Shown: positions 42,639 to 51,599 of the stretch, piece by piece
Numbering within the stretch: position 1 is the stretch's first letter
Layout of the letters: the number at the start of each line of letters is the position of its first letter
IMG/VR virus record: IMGVR_UViG_3300043548_000091
Coordinates: 1,620 to 65,619 of that record
DNA: 64,000 nt
Source of the DNA: a virus
Taxonomy: Duplodnaviria; Caudoviricetes
Direction: 5' to 3' (one strand)
Notes under the pieces: model-generated
The model's database searches: none
What the model was told of the DNA's origin: nothing
Seen by the model: the letters and a program-made list of their open reading frames with translations, nothing else
Translations under genes and position numbers: made by a program

Positions 42639-42996
42639 ACCCCACCCCCGGGTCAGGCATCGTTACCTCCGCGACGTAGATTGGGCGCGCCGTGTCCTGT
42701 TCTGGTTGTGGAAACGCTCTTGCTCCTTCTGAACCACAAGCAGGACACTCAAAATACTGCCAACCTTTTAGGGACAATCTTTCGGCGTGCTCCTGCTTCT
42801 CGGCCTGCTCGCCTTTCATCCCATCGCTAGCCGCAGCAAAGGCTTCCTCTGCGCGTTGGATGCGCTCGGCCTGCTCAATGGCGAGGCGCAGGGCGGTGAT
42901 GGCGTCCATTCCTTGATTCACAAAGTCTTGGTCGCTCATCTCGTTGGTCAGGTCGATCAGCGCCTCCAGCGCTTGCTTCATGGCGTCGATGCTCAT
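42631..42996 (-). CDS. Hypothetical protein
   Basis: MKQALEAL..AITALR is a common phage early-gene pattern. Confidence 0.65.
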   Translation of the reverse strand: MSIDAMKQALEALIDLTNEMSDQDFVNQGMDAITALRLAIEQAERIQRAEEAFAAASDGMKGEQAEKQEHAERLSLKGWQYFECPACGSEGARAFPQPEQDTARPIYVAEVTMPDPGVGYD

Positions 42997-43091
42997 CCCA
43001 GCACCTCATAAAGCAAAAGGCCCACCGCCACCACGACCAGCCAGAACTTCAGGTTGAACAGGAAGTCCGCACGCTTTTCGTCTTCGTTCAT
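42993..43091 (-). CDS. Small membrane peptide (32 aa)
   Basis: MNEDEKRADFLFNLKFWLVVVAVGLLLYEVLG; ATGA overlaps. Confidence 0.5.
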   Translation of the reverse strand: MNEDEKRADFLFNLKFWLVVVAVGLLLYEVLG

Positions 43092-43333
43092 TGTTCCCTC
43101 GCTTTCAGCATCGCGTCGGCCATTTCATACGCAGTTAACGCAGTGAACTTCGTTGCCGCCATGTCATTCGTGGTGTGTTCAGCTACAGCCTCTCGCCAGT
43201 CTGCGCTACTGATCAGTCCCTGCATCGCCTTGGCCGCGAAGTAGTCGCGCAGGGTCATGCCTTCTTCATTCACCATCACCTTCCGTTCAAGGTCATACGC
43301 CTCACACGGAAAAGCCGGGCCCCCGGTACTCAT
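43088..43333 (-). CDS. Conserved small phage protein
   Basis: TGGPAFP..GMTLRDYFAAKAMQG..AY..ADAMLKAR family pattern. Confidence 0.8.
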   Translation of the reverse strand: MSTGGPAFPCEAYDLERKVMVNEEGMTLRDYFAAKAMQGLISSADWREAVAEHTTNDMAATKFTALTAYEMADAMLKAREQ

Positions 43334-43533
43334 TTCACCCTCCGCACGGCAGGCTCCCAGTGGGTCTCGGGCACGCGCTCAGGTGGGGGCGGGGTCATCT
43401 TCTCGCTGGGCGGTGTCCAGCCAAACCTGCGCCACGTAGCCTGCACGTCAGCGCCACGCTGATAGCTGAACTTGATGTCGGTCACGCGCACGCTGGGCAT
43501 GGTCAGGCTGGGGTGATGCGTTTCTTTGGTCAT
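43330..43533 (-). CDS. Hypothetical protein
   Basis: F.Y..ADVQATWRRFGWTPPSE; SD AAAGGA. Confidence 0.65.
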   Translation of the reverse strand: MTKETHHPSLTMPSVRVTDIKFSYQRGADVQATWRRFGWTPPSEKMTPPPPERVPETHWEPAVRRVK

Positions 43534-43545
43534 GGCGCTTTCCTT

Positions 43546-44448
43546 TCAGTTGAAAATCTTCTGGAGTTCTTCGTACACGGCCTTGGCCTGAATGACGGAC
43601 AACCCGTTGAGCACATCAGTCGGGGACCACGCGCCGGGCGCGGGGCGCAACACCAGCGAAGGCGCATTCTCCTCCACCATGGGCTTGCTGCGCCGCACAA
43701 CTTTCATCTGCTTGCGCTGCGCCCTACGCGCAGCCTTCTCCTCCTGCAAGCGCTGTTGCTGCTTCCTGAACGCGCTGGGGGACTTGAGCGGTTGGTACTC
43801 AGCGACGATTGTGCGCATCCCTTTGGAGTCTCCTTCGGCTGCACCCTGCGCCAGCATCGAGGCGAGGATCGAACTGACCGAGGTGCGGTTGAACCCCTTG
43901 GCCTCCAGCGCGCGGATGGTCTCCATGCGTGTGCATCCGGGGTTGTCGCGCACGTAGTTGAAGGTCTCGCGAGACACGTTGTTGGTGGGTGCGAACAGAT
44001 GTTTCATTGGTTTCTCCTTGGGTTGCGTGGTTGCGGTTTCAGTGATGACGGCTGCGCCGCCTTCGTCGTCCCAGTCTGCCGGGATGGCAGGCTGGTTTAG
44101 GGTCGCCTCGGGGAGAGGCATCACGCTTTTTTGCGCGAGCGCAGATTGCAAAGCGTCTTGTAAAGAAGGCATGACCGTTCCTTTCTCTTTGGTCTGGGTA
44201 AGTTGTTTAATGTGGGCGACCCACTCAGCGATCTCGTGCTTGCGATACAGCGGGACGTTGCGTTTGCCACAGCGCAGTACGGGGGCGGGGGCTCCAGAGT
44301 GCTGATGCGCCATGCGCCCGTACCACTGCGGGGTTACCCCCGCTGCCTCGCAGCACTCTCTGAGGTTGAACAAGGGCGAGTGTTTGATGCCCGCCTCCTT
44401 GTCTGCCAGCCTGCGGTAGTGCATGGCAGCAATAGACTCGTATTTCAC
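43546..44448 (-). CDS. Putative DNA-binding protein (AlpA/Xis-like HTH plus winged-helix region); possible internal start at 44172
   Basis: LRECCEAAGVT..Y..PAP..LYRKHEIAEW; TFNYVRDNPG..SVSSIL; internal SD AAAGGA before MPSL. Confidence 0.6.
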   Translation of the reverse strand: MKYESIAAMHYRRLADKEAGIKHSPLFNLRECCEAAGVTPQWYGRMAHQHSGAPAPVLRCGKRNVPLYRKHEIAEWVAHIKQLTQTKEKGTVMPSLQDALQSALAQKSVMPLPEATLNQPAIPADWDDEGGAAVITETATTQPKEKPMKHLFAPTNNVSRETFNYVRDNPGCTRMETIRALEAKGFNRTSVSSILASMLAQGAAEGDSKGMRTIVAEYQPLKSPSAFRKQQQRLQEEKAARRAQRKQMKVVRRSKPMVEENAPSLVLRPAPGAWSPTDVLNGLSVIQAKAVYEELQKIFN

Positions 44449-44467
44449 ATATCACTCCTTTCGCAGG

Positions 44468-45340
44468 TCAGAAACTGAACTTATCGAGGATTGCATCGAC
44501 GTTCTTCTTCACGTCGTCACGGACAGCGGCGTTCTTGCGTAGCTCTGTGGGGGACACGTTGCACAGAAGCTGCTCCAACTGGCTGCGCGTGGACTCAAGG
44601 TCGGCATCCCCGGTGACGTTCAGCGCCTTGGTCATGTCGCACAACTCCAGCGCACCCTCGACGAGCGAGTCGTGGAACTTGCGGGGCTTGGCCTCACCCG
44701 CCACGTAGTCGGTGGTCAGGCGGTCGGACATGCGCTTCAAGTGATCCCCGAGGCGCTTGCGCACATCGGCCATGGCTTGCTCCACTCGCTCGTCGGCAAG
44801 GCGTTGCAGCTTGGCTTTGATGTCGTCCATGGCTGCGTTGCCTACGTCAATCCTAAAATCTCCCGCCGTCGGCACAGGCATGTAGTTCACCCGGAAGCTG
44901 AACTTGGTCATGATCTCGTTCTGCGAGGGATAGTCGTCGCGCTTGAACATGTCGCCCAGCGCCATCGCCTGTGCCGTGATCAGCGTCGGGTAGATGGTCA
45001 CGAAGTTCTTGACCAAGTCCTCGAACTCTTGCTCAAGCTCGTTCATCTTGGTGGCGAACTTCTCGAAGTTGATGGTGGGCAGCAGGCGCAGCCCCGAGTC
45101 GGACCACGGCAGGGTGTTGTCGTACACGTACTGGCGAGCACGACCGATCATGGACTGGATGACCTCCAGTTCGTTGCGACCTGCCAGCAGGTGCTTGTTG
45201 ACGCGGGCTGCGTCCTTGGCCCCGGCACGCTTGGCCGTGACGACTTCCTCGGTTGCGCCCTTGTCGAGCTTGCGTGCGGTCCACACACTGGCGTTGAATT
45301 CTGCGAGCATGGCGCAGGTGTCGATGTTGTAACGGGTCAT
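44468..45340 (-). CDS. Conserved protein adjacent to the AAA+/vWA pair
   Basis: SVWTARKLDK..NKHLL..TLPWSDSGLRLLP; strong SD. Confidence 0.75.
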   Translation of the reverse strand: MTRYNIDTCAMLAEFNASVWTARKLDKGATEEVVTAKRAGAKDAARVNKHLLAGRNELEVIQSMIGRARQYVYDNTLPWSDSGLRLLPTINFEKFATKMNELEQEFEDLVKNFVTIYPTLITAQAMALGDMFKRDDYPSQNEIMTKFSFRVNYMPVPTAGDFRIDVGNAAMDDIKAKLQRLADERVEQAMADVRKRLGDHLKRMSDRLTTDYVAGEAKPRKFHDSLVEGALELCDMTKALNVTGDADLESTRSQLEQLLCNVSPTELRKNAAVRDDVKKNVDAILDKFSF

Positions 45341-45361
45341 GGTTGGTTCTCCTTTGGTTGA

Positions 45362-46552
45362 TCAAGCGGTAATGCGCAGCACCTTGCCGCGCTGGGGGAC
45401 GAAGTCGTCGTTCTCCACTACACCCCAGAGCACAGGCAACTCGGGCAAGCGATACTCGGACTCGATGTAGCCGTCGGTCAGCATGATGACTGCCTTGGGC
45501 TTGTATTGCTTCTCAGCAATGTAGTCAGCGACGCACGACACAGTAGTGCCGCCGCCACCCTTGGGGCTCATGAGGTCCCCGATCTTGTCGAACTGGTCAG
45601 GCGCGAACTCTTGGTCACCCGCCACGCTGGTGTCCCACCACAGCACACGAACCTTCTCGGGCTTGGCGTGCTGGCAGACACGGGCAATCTCGCCGAACAC
45701 GATGGGGTAGGCCCAGTGCATGGAGCCGGACGTGTCACACGCCACGATGATCTCGCCCACGTTCTCGTCGAAGTGGGACGGCATGATGAACCCCGAGGCA
45801 AGCATGCGGCGGTTGGGAGGACAGAAGCGCGAGTTCTCATCGCCCTTGCACACGTTGTTGATGAAGTCCGTGAGTGCGTCCTTCCAGTTGGTGCGCCGCT
45901 CAGCCATGGTGCCGAAGATGTCCTTGCCACCCTCCTTGTCCCCGCGCAGCTTGCGCGAGAGCAACTCGCCTTGGCGGTTGGCATCGTCGATCATCTTCTC
46001 CAGCTTCTCACGCGCCTCGACGGGTAGCTCCTCGGGGGACATCTGGTGCTCGTCCATCGGGTCGCCCTGCCCGGACTGCTGCTCGGGGTTGTCCTTGGCA
46101 TCTTGGAGCAACGCGTGCAGCACCTGCGGGAAGGACATGCCCTCGTACTTGGCATCCACCAGCGGCGGGACCTTGGTCGGGCGCTCGACGAACTTGAACT
46201 CGGGGTCAAGCTCCTCGATCATGGCGTTGACCACATAGTCCGCTGCCATGTTGGATAGCTGGCCGTGCTTCTTAAACAGGTCAACGTAGTAGGGCAGCAC
46301 GCAGTGCTTGAGCGCCACATGGAAGTTCTCGTGCAGCACGAGGTAGCGCAGTTGCTTGCGCGTCATGTCGCCGATGAACTCGGCACCATACAGCTTGTCC
46401 TTGCCGTTGGTGCACGCCGTCGGGATGGCGGGCGATGTCTCGGACTTACCCATGGCGATAACGCCAGCAAGACGCGAGAACTGAGGGTGGCGCATGCAGT
46501 CGATGTTGGCTGCTTGAATGCGCTGGTTGGGTGTCAGCTTGTCGAAGCTCAT
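45362..46552 (-). CDS. Metallopeptidase plus vWA protein (DUF2201-like)
   Basis: TACTNG, LHENFH, MIDAS DTSGS, GGGGT and LTDG motifs. Confidence 0.88.
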   Translation of the reverse strand: MSFDKLTPNQRIQAANIDCMRHPQFSRLAGVIAMGKSETSPAIPTACTNGKDKLYGAEFIGDMTRKQLRYLVLHENFHVALKHCVLPYYVDLFKKHGQLSNMAADYVVNAMIEELDPEFKFVERPTKVPPLVDAKYEGMSFPQVLHALLQDAKDNPEQQSGQGDPMDEHQMSPEELPVEAREKLEKMIDDANRQGELLSRKLRGDKEGGKDIFGTMAERRTNWKDALTDFINNVCKGDENSRFCPPNRRMLASGFIMPSHFDENVGEIIVACDTSGSMHWAYPIVFGEIARVCQHAKPEKVRVLWWDTSVAGDQEFAPDQFDKIGDLMSPKGGGGTTVSCVADYIAEKQYKPKAVIMLTDGYIESEYRLPELPVLWGVVENDDFVPQRGKVLRITA

Positions 46553-46890
46553 GGTTGGTTCTCCTTTGGTATTGACGTGGGGTCCCACTCGGATGGGTGG
46601 AACAACTCCCTGTGGTCGGCGTTGCGCCGCGTGAACTCGAACTCCCCCACCCCATACTGCATAGCCCACAGGTGGGCCATGTTCTCTAGGATGGTGGCGT
46701 GGTCGTGGTTGTAGTCGTGATGATCAGAGCGCGCCAGCAGGAACGTGCGCTTGGACTTGATACCCGTGTACCCACAGACCGAGAGCACGATCCACGCCTT
46801 TTGCTTCCAGACCGAACCGCGCAGGACGATCTCGCCCTTGCGATTCAGGCACAACGGATGCAGCGGCTTGATGAACCGGAGGTTGTTCAC
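46549..46890 (-). CDS. Hypothetical protein
   Basis: GTGA/ATGA overlaps place it between the ATPase and vWA genes. Confidence 0.55.
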   Translation of the reverse strand: MNNLRFIKPLHPLCLNRKGEIVLRGSVWKQKAWIVLSVCGYTGIKSKRTFLLARSDHHDYNHDHATILENMAHLWAMQYGVGEFEFTRRNADHRELFHPSEWDPTSIPKENQP

Positions 46891-48014
46891 TTGGTGCTGA
46901 AGAAAATCTTGTGAGCAGCCAGCATCTTGCCGAAGTTGGCCAGCGTCACATAGATGGCAGTGCGCGAGGACTGCGCCACTGTGTTGCAGAAGATCGACTG
47001 AATCTCTGCCTTCATGCGCCACACATACTCGACGATCTTCTCTGCGTCCTCGCGGTTGTCACAGCGGGAGACGAACTGGAAAATCTGCACAAGCTGTGCG
47101 GTGGGGTTGTCAGACAGCGGCGCAGTGGCAGGGTCCTTGAGCACGCGGTCATACGAGCAGATGTCACGACCGAAGCGAACGAACGCCGACAGGTTCTGCG
47201 CTGCCACCTCACCGATAGCGCCAGCGATAGCCGACTCCAACGTGTCGTCGTCGAGCACGCCATCACCCTCCTGCAAGATGTCCGACGCTGCCACAAGGGA
47301 GCGAGGCGTGACGTAGGCCGTGGCAGTCGAGCGAGGGTTGAAGATCATGCCGTTGTCCTTGGACAAGTCCTTGCCCTCGAACTTGCCGCCCTTCTCGTAG
47401 TCGAGGAACGAATCAAAGATTTGCGGGTAGCTGTTGGCAAAGGCGATGATCGACGCGTTGAGACCGCGCGGGATGGCGAAGTTGTTGACCCACTCCTCCA
47501 TGGTGGGCTTGCGCATCTTGACGAAAACCAAACGATTCCTGAGATGCGCCTGAATCGAATCGCCCAGACCCTCGATGGCGAGGTTGGTAAAGCACACCAC
47601 AGTGCTGCCCTCGGGCATGTGGAAGTTGCCGACACGACGCTCGTAGACGACGGGAGCCAGCACGTTCTTGATGAACTGCGGAGCCTTGGCAATCTCATCG
47701 AGACCCACGAGGATCGGCTTGCTGCCGTTGACCCCGAGTTGGTTGTGCTTGCTCACACCGAAGCGCTCGTTGGGTAGCTCACGCGAGACGCCGTTCTCAG
47801 TGTCGAGGCAAGGCATCCACACCGAGCCATCAGAGAGTTGCGTGCAGTCAACCGGATCGACAGCGATGTGGTCAGCGAACTTGGGGCTCGCCTTGAGGGC
47901 GTGGAACAGCGCGGTCTTGCCGATGCCGTTCTCACCCTCGACGATGATGGTGCGCTTGTGGCCCACAGCGGCGATGAGGGCGACGACTTGGGAAAAGGAA
48001 AGAAGTTTTGACAT
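46887..48014 (-). CDS. AAA+ ATPase (MoxR-like)
   Basis: Walker A GENGIGKT, Walker B LDE, NR arginine finger and TPRS sensor. Confidence 0.88.
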   Translation of the reverse strand: MSKLLSFSQVVALIAAVGHKRTIIVEGENGIGKTALFHALKASPKFADHIAVDPVDCTQLSDGSVWMPCLDTENGVSRELPNERFGVSKHNQLGVNGSKPILVGLDEIAKAPQFIKNVLAPVVYERRVGNFHMPEGSTVVCFTNLAIEGLGDSIQAHLRNRLVFVKMRKPTMEEWVNNFAIPRGLNASIIAFANSYPQIFDSFLDYEKGGKFEGKDLSKDNGMIFNPRSTATAYVTPRSLVAASDILQEGDGVLDDDTLESAIAGAIGEVAAQNLSAFVRFGRDICSYDRVLKDPATAPLSDNPTAQLVQIFQFVSRCDNREDAEKIVEYVWRMKAEIQSIFCNTVAQSSRTAIYVTLANFGKMLAAHKIFFSTK

Positions 48015-48047
48015 GTTGAATCTCCGTTGCAAAAAATGTTTGTAGAT

Positions 48048-48070
48048 GTTGCGGACACAGTGTCCGCAAC
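48048..48070. promoter_or_regulatory. Palindromic operator-like site, type A (GCGGACA-N3-TGTCCGC), copy 1
   Basis: GTTGCGGACA-CAG-TGTCCGCAAC just downstream of a promoter. Confidence 0.65.
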
Positions 48071-48083
48071 TTGTTGTGGTGTC

Positions 48084-48112
48084 AGTATAGCTGTGTGTCT
48101 AGTGTTGGACAA
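48084..48112 (-). promoter_or_regulatory. Sigma70 promoter of the AAA+/vWA operon, overlapped by a type B palindrome (48096-48111)
   Basis: Minus strand TTGTCC-17 nt-TATACT; TGTCTAGTGTTGGACA. Confidence 0.65.
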
Positions 48113-48126
48113 CTCCTTTCTGTGGG

Positions 48127-49086
48127 TTACTGAGTGTGGATATTGCTTAGAACTAATTGTTCACGGCGAGGGAATTGCGGGTACTCCGTGTACCCATTGG
48201 TTCGATCTAACACCAGCGCCTGCTGCACCTTGGCCCATACCGCCTGAATCAGTTGCGCCTCAGTGATCGGCGCGATGTCGTCGTACGTGGGGTCTTGGCG
48301 GTTGCCCCACTGCAAGAAGCCCTTCTCCACCGCACGTCGGCTGGCGATGCTGTCGAACACTGACTCGGCCAAGTCCATGAAGGTCTCGACCTCACCCTCT
48401 GCGGGCTGGATGCCAAGCACGAGGGAGTTGTGCAGGTCGCGCAGCGTGTCCACTTGCGGCGTGTAGAGGTTGATCCCCCGGAAGATTTGCCCCGTCGAGC
48501 GGTCGAACGCCACGCGCTCAACGAACTGCGGTATCTGCATGGCTGCCAGCGTGAACAGCGGGTCGAACAGCTTGCGTGCCTCGGCCCGTGCCTTCTTGTC
48601 CTCGGGGCTGCTGACCTTGCGATAGATGCGCGTGTGCCGGGACTTACCCACCATGAGGGCGTTGCCCGGCGTGAACCATGCTTGGACAGAGAAGGGCATG
48701 CCCGGCTCGATAGCGCGGGTTGTGACCGGCATGATCACCTCCTCGCCACTGGTGGTGCGCACACGGCAGATGTCACTGACACCCAGCACGTCCCACATGA
48801 ACCCCTTGCTGGTCTGCGAGCCGTCGCCTTGGTACTCACGCAACTCGTTGCCCTCGGCGTCGGGCTTGTGAAAGCGCGCCATCACTGTGCTGTACAGCAC
48901 GAGGTCGTATGACTCGCCGTTGTCATTCTTTTCTATGCGGTAGTGGTACGAGCTTGTGTCCTTGAGTGGGCGCTGGCTGCTGTGCCACTTGCGCGAACGT
49001 GGGGGCAGCTTGGTCTTCTCGAAGTAGGCGTGTGCCTGTGCGTAGTTGTGGATGCTGGGCAGCACCCAAGTTTTTCCTGCAAACAT
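48127..49086 (-). CDS. Hypothetical early protein
   Basis: 319 aa with AAGGAGAACCAAC leader. Confidence 0.75.
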   Translation of the reverse strand: MFAGKTWVLPSIHNYAQAHAYFEKTKLPPRSRKWHSSQRPLKDTSSYHYRIEKNDNGESYDLVLYSTVMARFHKPDAEGNELREYQGDGSQTSKGFMWDVLGVSDICRVRTTSGEEVIMPVTTRAIEPGMPFSVQAWFTPGNALMVGKSRHTRIYRKVSSPEDKKARAEARKLFDPLFTLAAMQIPQFVERVAFDRSTGQIFRGINLYTPQVDTLRDLHNSLVLGIQPAEGEVETFMDLAESVFDSIASRRAVEKGFLQWGNRQDPTYDDIAPITEAQLIQAVWAKVQQALVLDRTNGYTEYPQFPRREQLVLSNIHTQ

Positions 49087-49112
49087 AGTTGGTTCTCCTT
49101 CACTGGTTGGGG

Positions 49113-49766
49113 TTAAACAATCTTGCCGTTCTCATCGAAGCGCCACTCGTTGGCCTCGGCCATCTCGACGAAGTAGTCGTAGCTGATCTCGTACTCGTAC
49201 TCGGACAGGATGCGGTCGTACAGTTCGTCGGCGTACTTGCGCGCCTCGTTTGCCAGCCATATCTCCAGCATGTCGAGCAGGGACTCGTAGTCGATGGCCT
49301 CCAGCAGCGCACGCACGCTGGCACCTTGCAGTGGGCTGTCCACGTCGATCGTGACGTGGTGCCCGATGTCACACGCATCGACCGAGGCGAGTGGGTCTAT
49401 CTCCATGATCCCGGAGTTCACCGAGCGCCAGCCCTTGTAGCTGACCAGCGCCGTCATATCGCCCCACCCATCACGGCACAACTCGCGCACGATCATGTAC
49501 TGCGGCTGCTGCGGGTGGTCGTCCTTCATGTGGTAGTCGAGGAACTCGGGGATTCTTATGAGGCCCGCCCATGCAGCGCCATCGCTTTGCGAGAAGCCCA
49601 GTGACCAGCGCACATCCTCGATCTCGAAGCCGCGCTCCACGCCCTGCTCCTTGAAGTCGTCGATCGCCCAGTCAGGGGAGAAGTCCATGTTTGCCTGCCA
49701 GTCGAGCATTGCTCTGTCTTTGGCTTGGTTGGATAGCTCGTCGAAGGTGTAGGTTTTGTCGGTCAT
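49113..49766 (-). CDS. Acidic hypothetical early protein
   Basis: YTFDELS..AKDRA..FSQSDGA..ANEWRFDENG; visibly D/E rich. Confidence 0.75.
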   Translation of the reverse strand: MTDKTYTFDELSNQAKDRAMLDWQANMDFSPDWAIDDFKEQGVERGFEIEDVRWSLGFSQSDGAAWAGLIRIPEFLDYHMKDDHPQQPQYMIVRELCRDGWGDMTALVSYKGWRSVNSGIMEIDPLASVDACDIGHHVTIDVDSPLQGASVRALLEAIDYESLLDMLEIWLANEARKYADELYDRILSEYEYEISYDYFVEMAEANEWRFDENGKIV

Positions 49767-49774
49767 GCTGTCTC

Positions 49775-50050
49775 CTAGTTGGCGGTGTCGTTGTCACGCA
49801 TGGTTTGCAGCGTGAGGTACTTGTCGAGCGTCTCCTGCGAGATGAGCTTGATGCTGGGGATGTGGCGCTTGACCTCGAACGGCAAGAACTTGGCGTCGTA
49901 CTGGCAGTCGGTGCCGTAGAAGCCTTTGTCCTTTCCCTTCCACTCGGTCTCCACGACAACAGCCCCGGCCAGCGCCTTGAGTAGCTTGTCGATCTGTGCG
50001 GGGGTCAGCCACATCTCGTTGTTGTTGATGTTCAGTGCAAATTTAGCCAT
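49775..50050 (-). CDS. Hypothetical protein
   Basis: AAGGAGAACCAACC leader before MAKF. Confidence 0.65.
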   Translation of the reverse strand: MAKFALNINNNEMWLTPAQIDKLLKALAGAVVVETEWKGKDKGFYGTDCQYDAKFLPFEVKRHIPSIKLISQETLDKYLTLQTMRDNDTAN

Positions 50051-50087
50051 GGTTGGTTCTCCTTGAGGTTGCGGTTGATGGTCGGCG

Positions 50088-50243
50088 CTATGCGCGCCAG
50101 AGGAACACGTCGAGCAGGACGACGATGATTGCGGCTGCGTAGGCGAAGGGCAGTGCATATGCGGACAAAGTGTCCGCAAGTTGTTGCCTCCACGAGTAAA
50201 GCCGAATAGGTTTCGCAATAGTTTCACGCTTGGCCTTTCTCAC
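50088..50243 (-). CDS. Small membrane peptide (51 aa)
   Basis: Hand translation ending YALPFAYAAAIIVVLLDVFLWRA; GTGA overlap. Confidence 0.4.
   Translation of the reverse strand: MRKAKRETIAKPIRLYSWRQQLADTLSAYALPFAYAAAIIVVLLDVFLWRA
50161..50177. promoter_or_regulatory. Type A palindrome, copy 2
   Basis: GCGGACA-AAG-TGTCCGC. Confidence 0.55.
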
Positions 50244-50911
50244 ACGCTGATCTCCACAGTGGCCGTCGCATTCTGAAGCAGGTTGTTGACCTCGTCGGAC
50301 AGGTGCTCGCCCAAGTAGTCGCCGACCATCTCCCCCACAGCGTCGCGGTCGAGTGCGTTGCGCTCAAGGTCTTCCACGTCTGACGACAGGCGGTCCAGCG
50401 TGCGGTCGTAGTCGTCGTACTGCTCATGGTCGTAGCTGCGCTCGTGGTCGTCCATGCGCTGGTTGATTAGCTCGATGATCTTGTCCGTGGTTGTCTCGTC
50501 GAGCAAGCGCATCGTGGCTGCGTTCTCCACAAGTGCGGCAAAGCGCTGCTCCACCATGCGGTTGATGATCGGCATCAACCCACCCATCAGCGCCATGGCC
50601 AGCGTGGTCACATCGTCTGCGGGGGTTAGGGTTTTCTGCTCGGGTGTGGGAGCGGGTGTGGGAGCGGGGGCAGGGGTGGGGGTGAGGTTCATGGCTTGGT
50701 TCTCCTGTGCTTGGGCGTCTGCTTCGATCAGCGCTGCGATCTCGGCGGGGTTGGTGGTGATGGTTACGTTGATGTCGTTCATGGTTGGTTTCTCCTTCAA
50801 GGTTAAAAGTGCCAAGCGCACCATGCGCCGGGCATCGGGTTTGCTGGCGAACCAGCGGGATAGTGGACGAGAGTCGTCCTGTAACAGGCCCGGGGGCCAT
50901 CCGGTTTTCAT
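50240..50911 (-). CDS. Hypothetical protein (second likely start at 50782)
   Basis: N-terminal WPPGLLQDDSR module in frame with an internal AAGGAG start; PAPTP linker; acidic C-terminus. Confidence 0.65.
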   Translation of the reverse strand: MKTGWPPGLLQDDSRPLSRWFASKPDARRMVRLALLTLKEKPTMNDINVTITTNPAEIAALIEADAQAQENQAMNLTPTPAPAPTPAPTPEQKTLTPADDVTTLAMALMGGLMPIINRMVEQRFAALVENAATMRLLDETTTDKIIELINQRMDDHERSYDHEQYDDYDRTLDRLSSDVEDLERNALDRDAVGEMVGDYLGEHLSDEVNNLLQNATATVEISV

Positions 50912-51174
50912 GTAAAGAACTCGTCGATCAACTGTCCGGCTACCTGCACCCCCTCGCTGTCGTAAGCGCCGAACTTGCTGTACTGGTTGAGGATGTCAGC
51001 GATGGCTGGCACTGCCTCGTCCTTCGGTGGGTTGTTGTTCAGGATGTTCTCGATCTTCTCGTTCATCTCGAACGCAGCCATGTCTCGCTTCGGGTCATCG
51101 TCATCCCCGTACAGTTGCCAGTCATTGGCGGTCAGTCCGATGCGAATCTTCTTGGTGATGTACACGTTTCTCAT
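50908..51174 (-). CDS. Hypothetical protein
   Basis: 88 aa, FGAYDSEG; ATGA overlaps. Confidence 0.65.
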   Translation of the reverse strand: MRNVYITKKIRIGLTANDWQLYGDDDDPKRDMAAFEMNEKIENILNNNPPKDEAVPAIADILNQYSKFGAYDSEGVQVAGQLIDEFFT

Positions 51175-51524
51175 TTGAGTTCCTCCGGGATTTCAACTTC
51201 GTCGCCCAGTTGCGACATGACGTAGCAGCGCATGGCTGCGATGAGTTGCGGCCTGCCTTTCTGGTTGTAGGGCACAGACACTTCACACACGGACGACCCC
51301 TCGACACGCGTGGCGATCCACTGCACCGCGACTCGGTACTCCAGTTGAATGCACTCGCGCTCGATGATCGGCCCGCCTTGCGCCCAGTTGGACGATGGCG
51401 ACCACCCGTTTTCTGTCCATCGGGTTTCTAGCTGCCCCTTGACCAGACTAACTTCTTCGTTCTCACACTTCGCCACCGCCCAGTCGAGGGCGGCTCCGGT
51501 TAGGTCTACTGTTTTGATTTTCAC
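51171..51524 (-). CDS. NinX/DUF2591-family phage protein
   Basis: LTGAALDWAVA..SPSSNWAQGGPIIERE..LIAAMRC..LGDEVEIPEEL. Confidence 0.8.
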   Translation of the reverse strand: MKIKTVDLTGAALDWAVAKCENEEVSLVKGQLETRWTENGWSPSSNWAQGGPIIERECIQLEYRVAVQWIATRVEGSSVCEVSVPYNQKGRPQLIAAMRCYVMSQLGDEVEIPEELK

Positions 51525-51572
51525 GTTGGTTCTCCTTGGTTTGCCGGGATGGAACCGTCCCGGCGGCGGCTT

Positions 51573-51589
51573 GCGGACAAAATGTCCGC
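51573..51589. promoter_or_regulatory. Type A palindrome, copy 3
   Basis: GCGGACA-AAA-TGTCCGC, intergenic, next to a GC-rich hairpin at 51543-51564. Confidence 0.6.
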
Positions 51590-51599
51590 GAGTTCGCGG

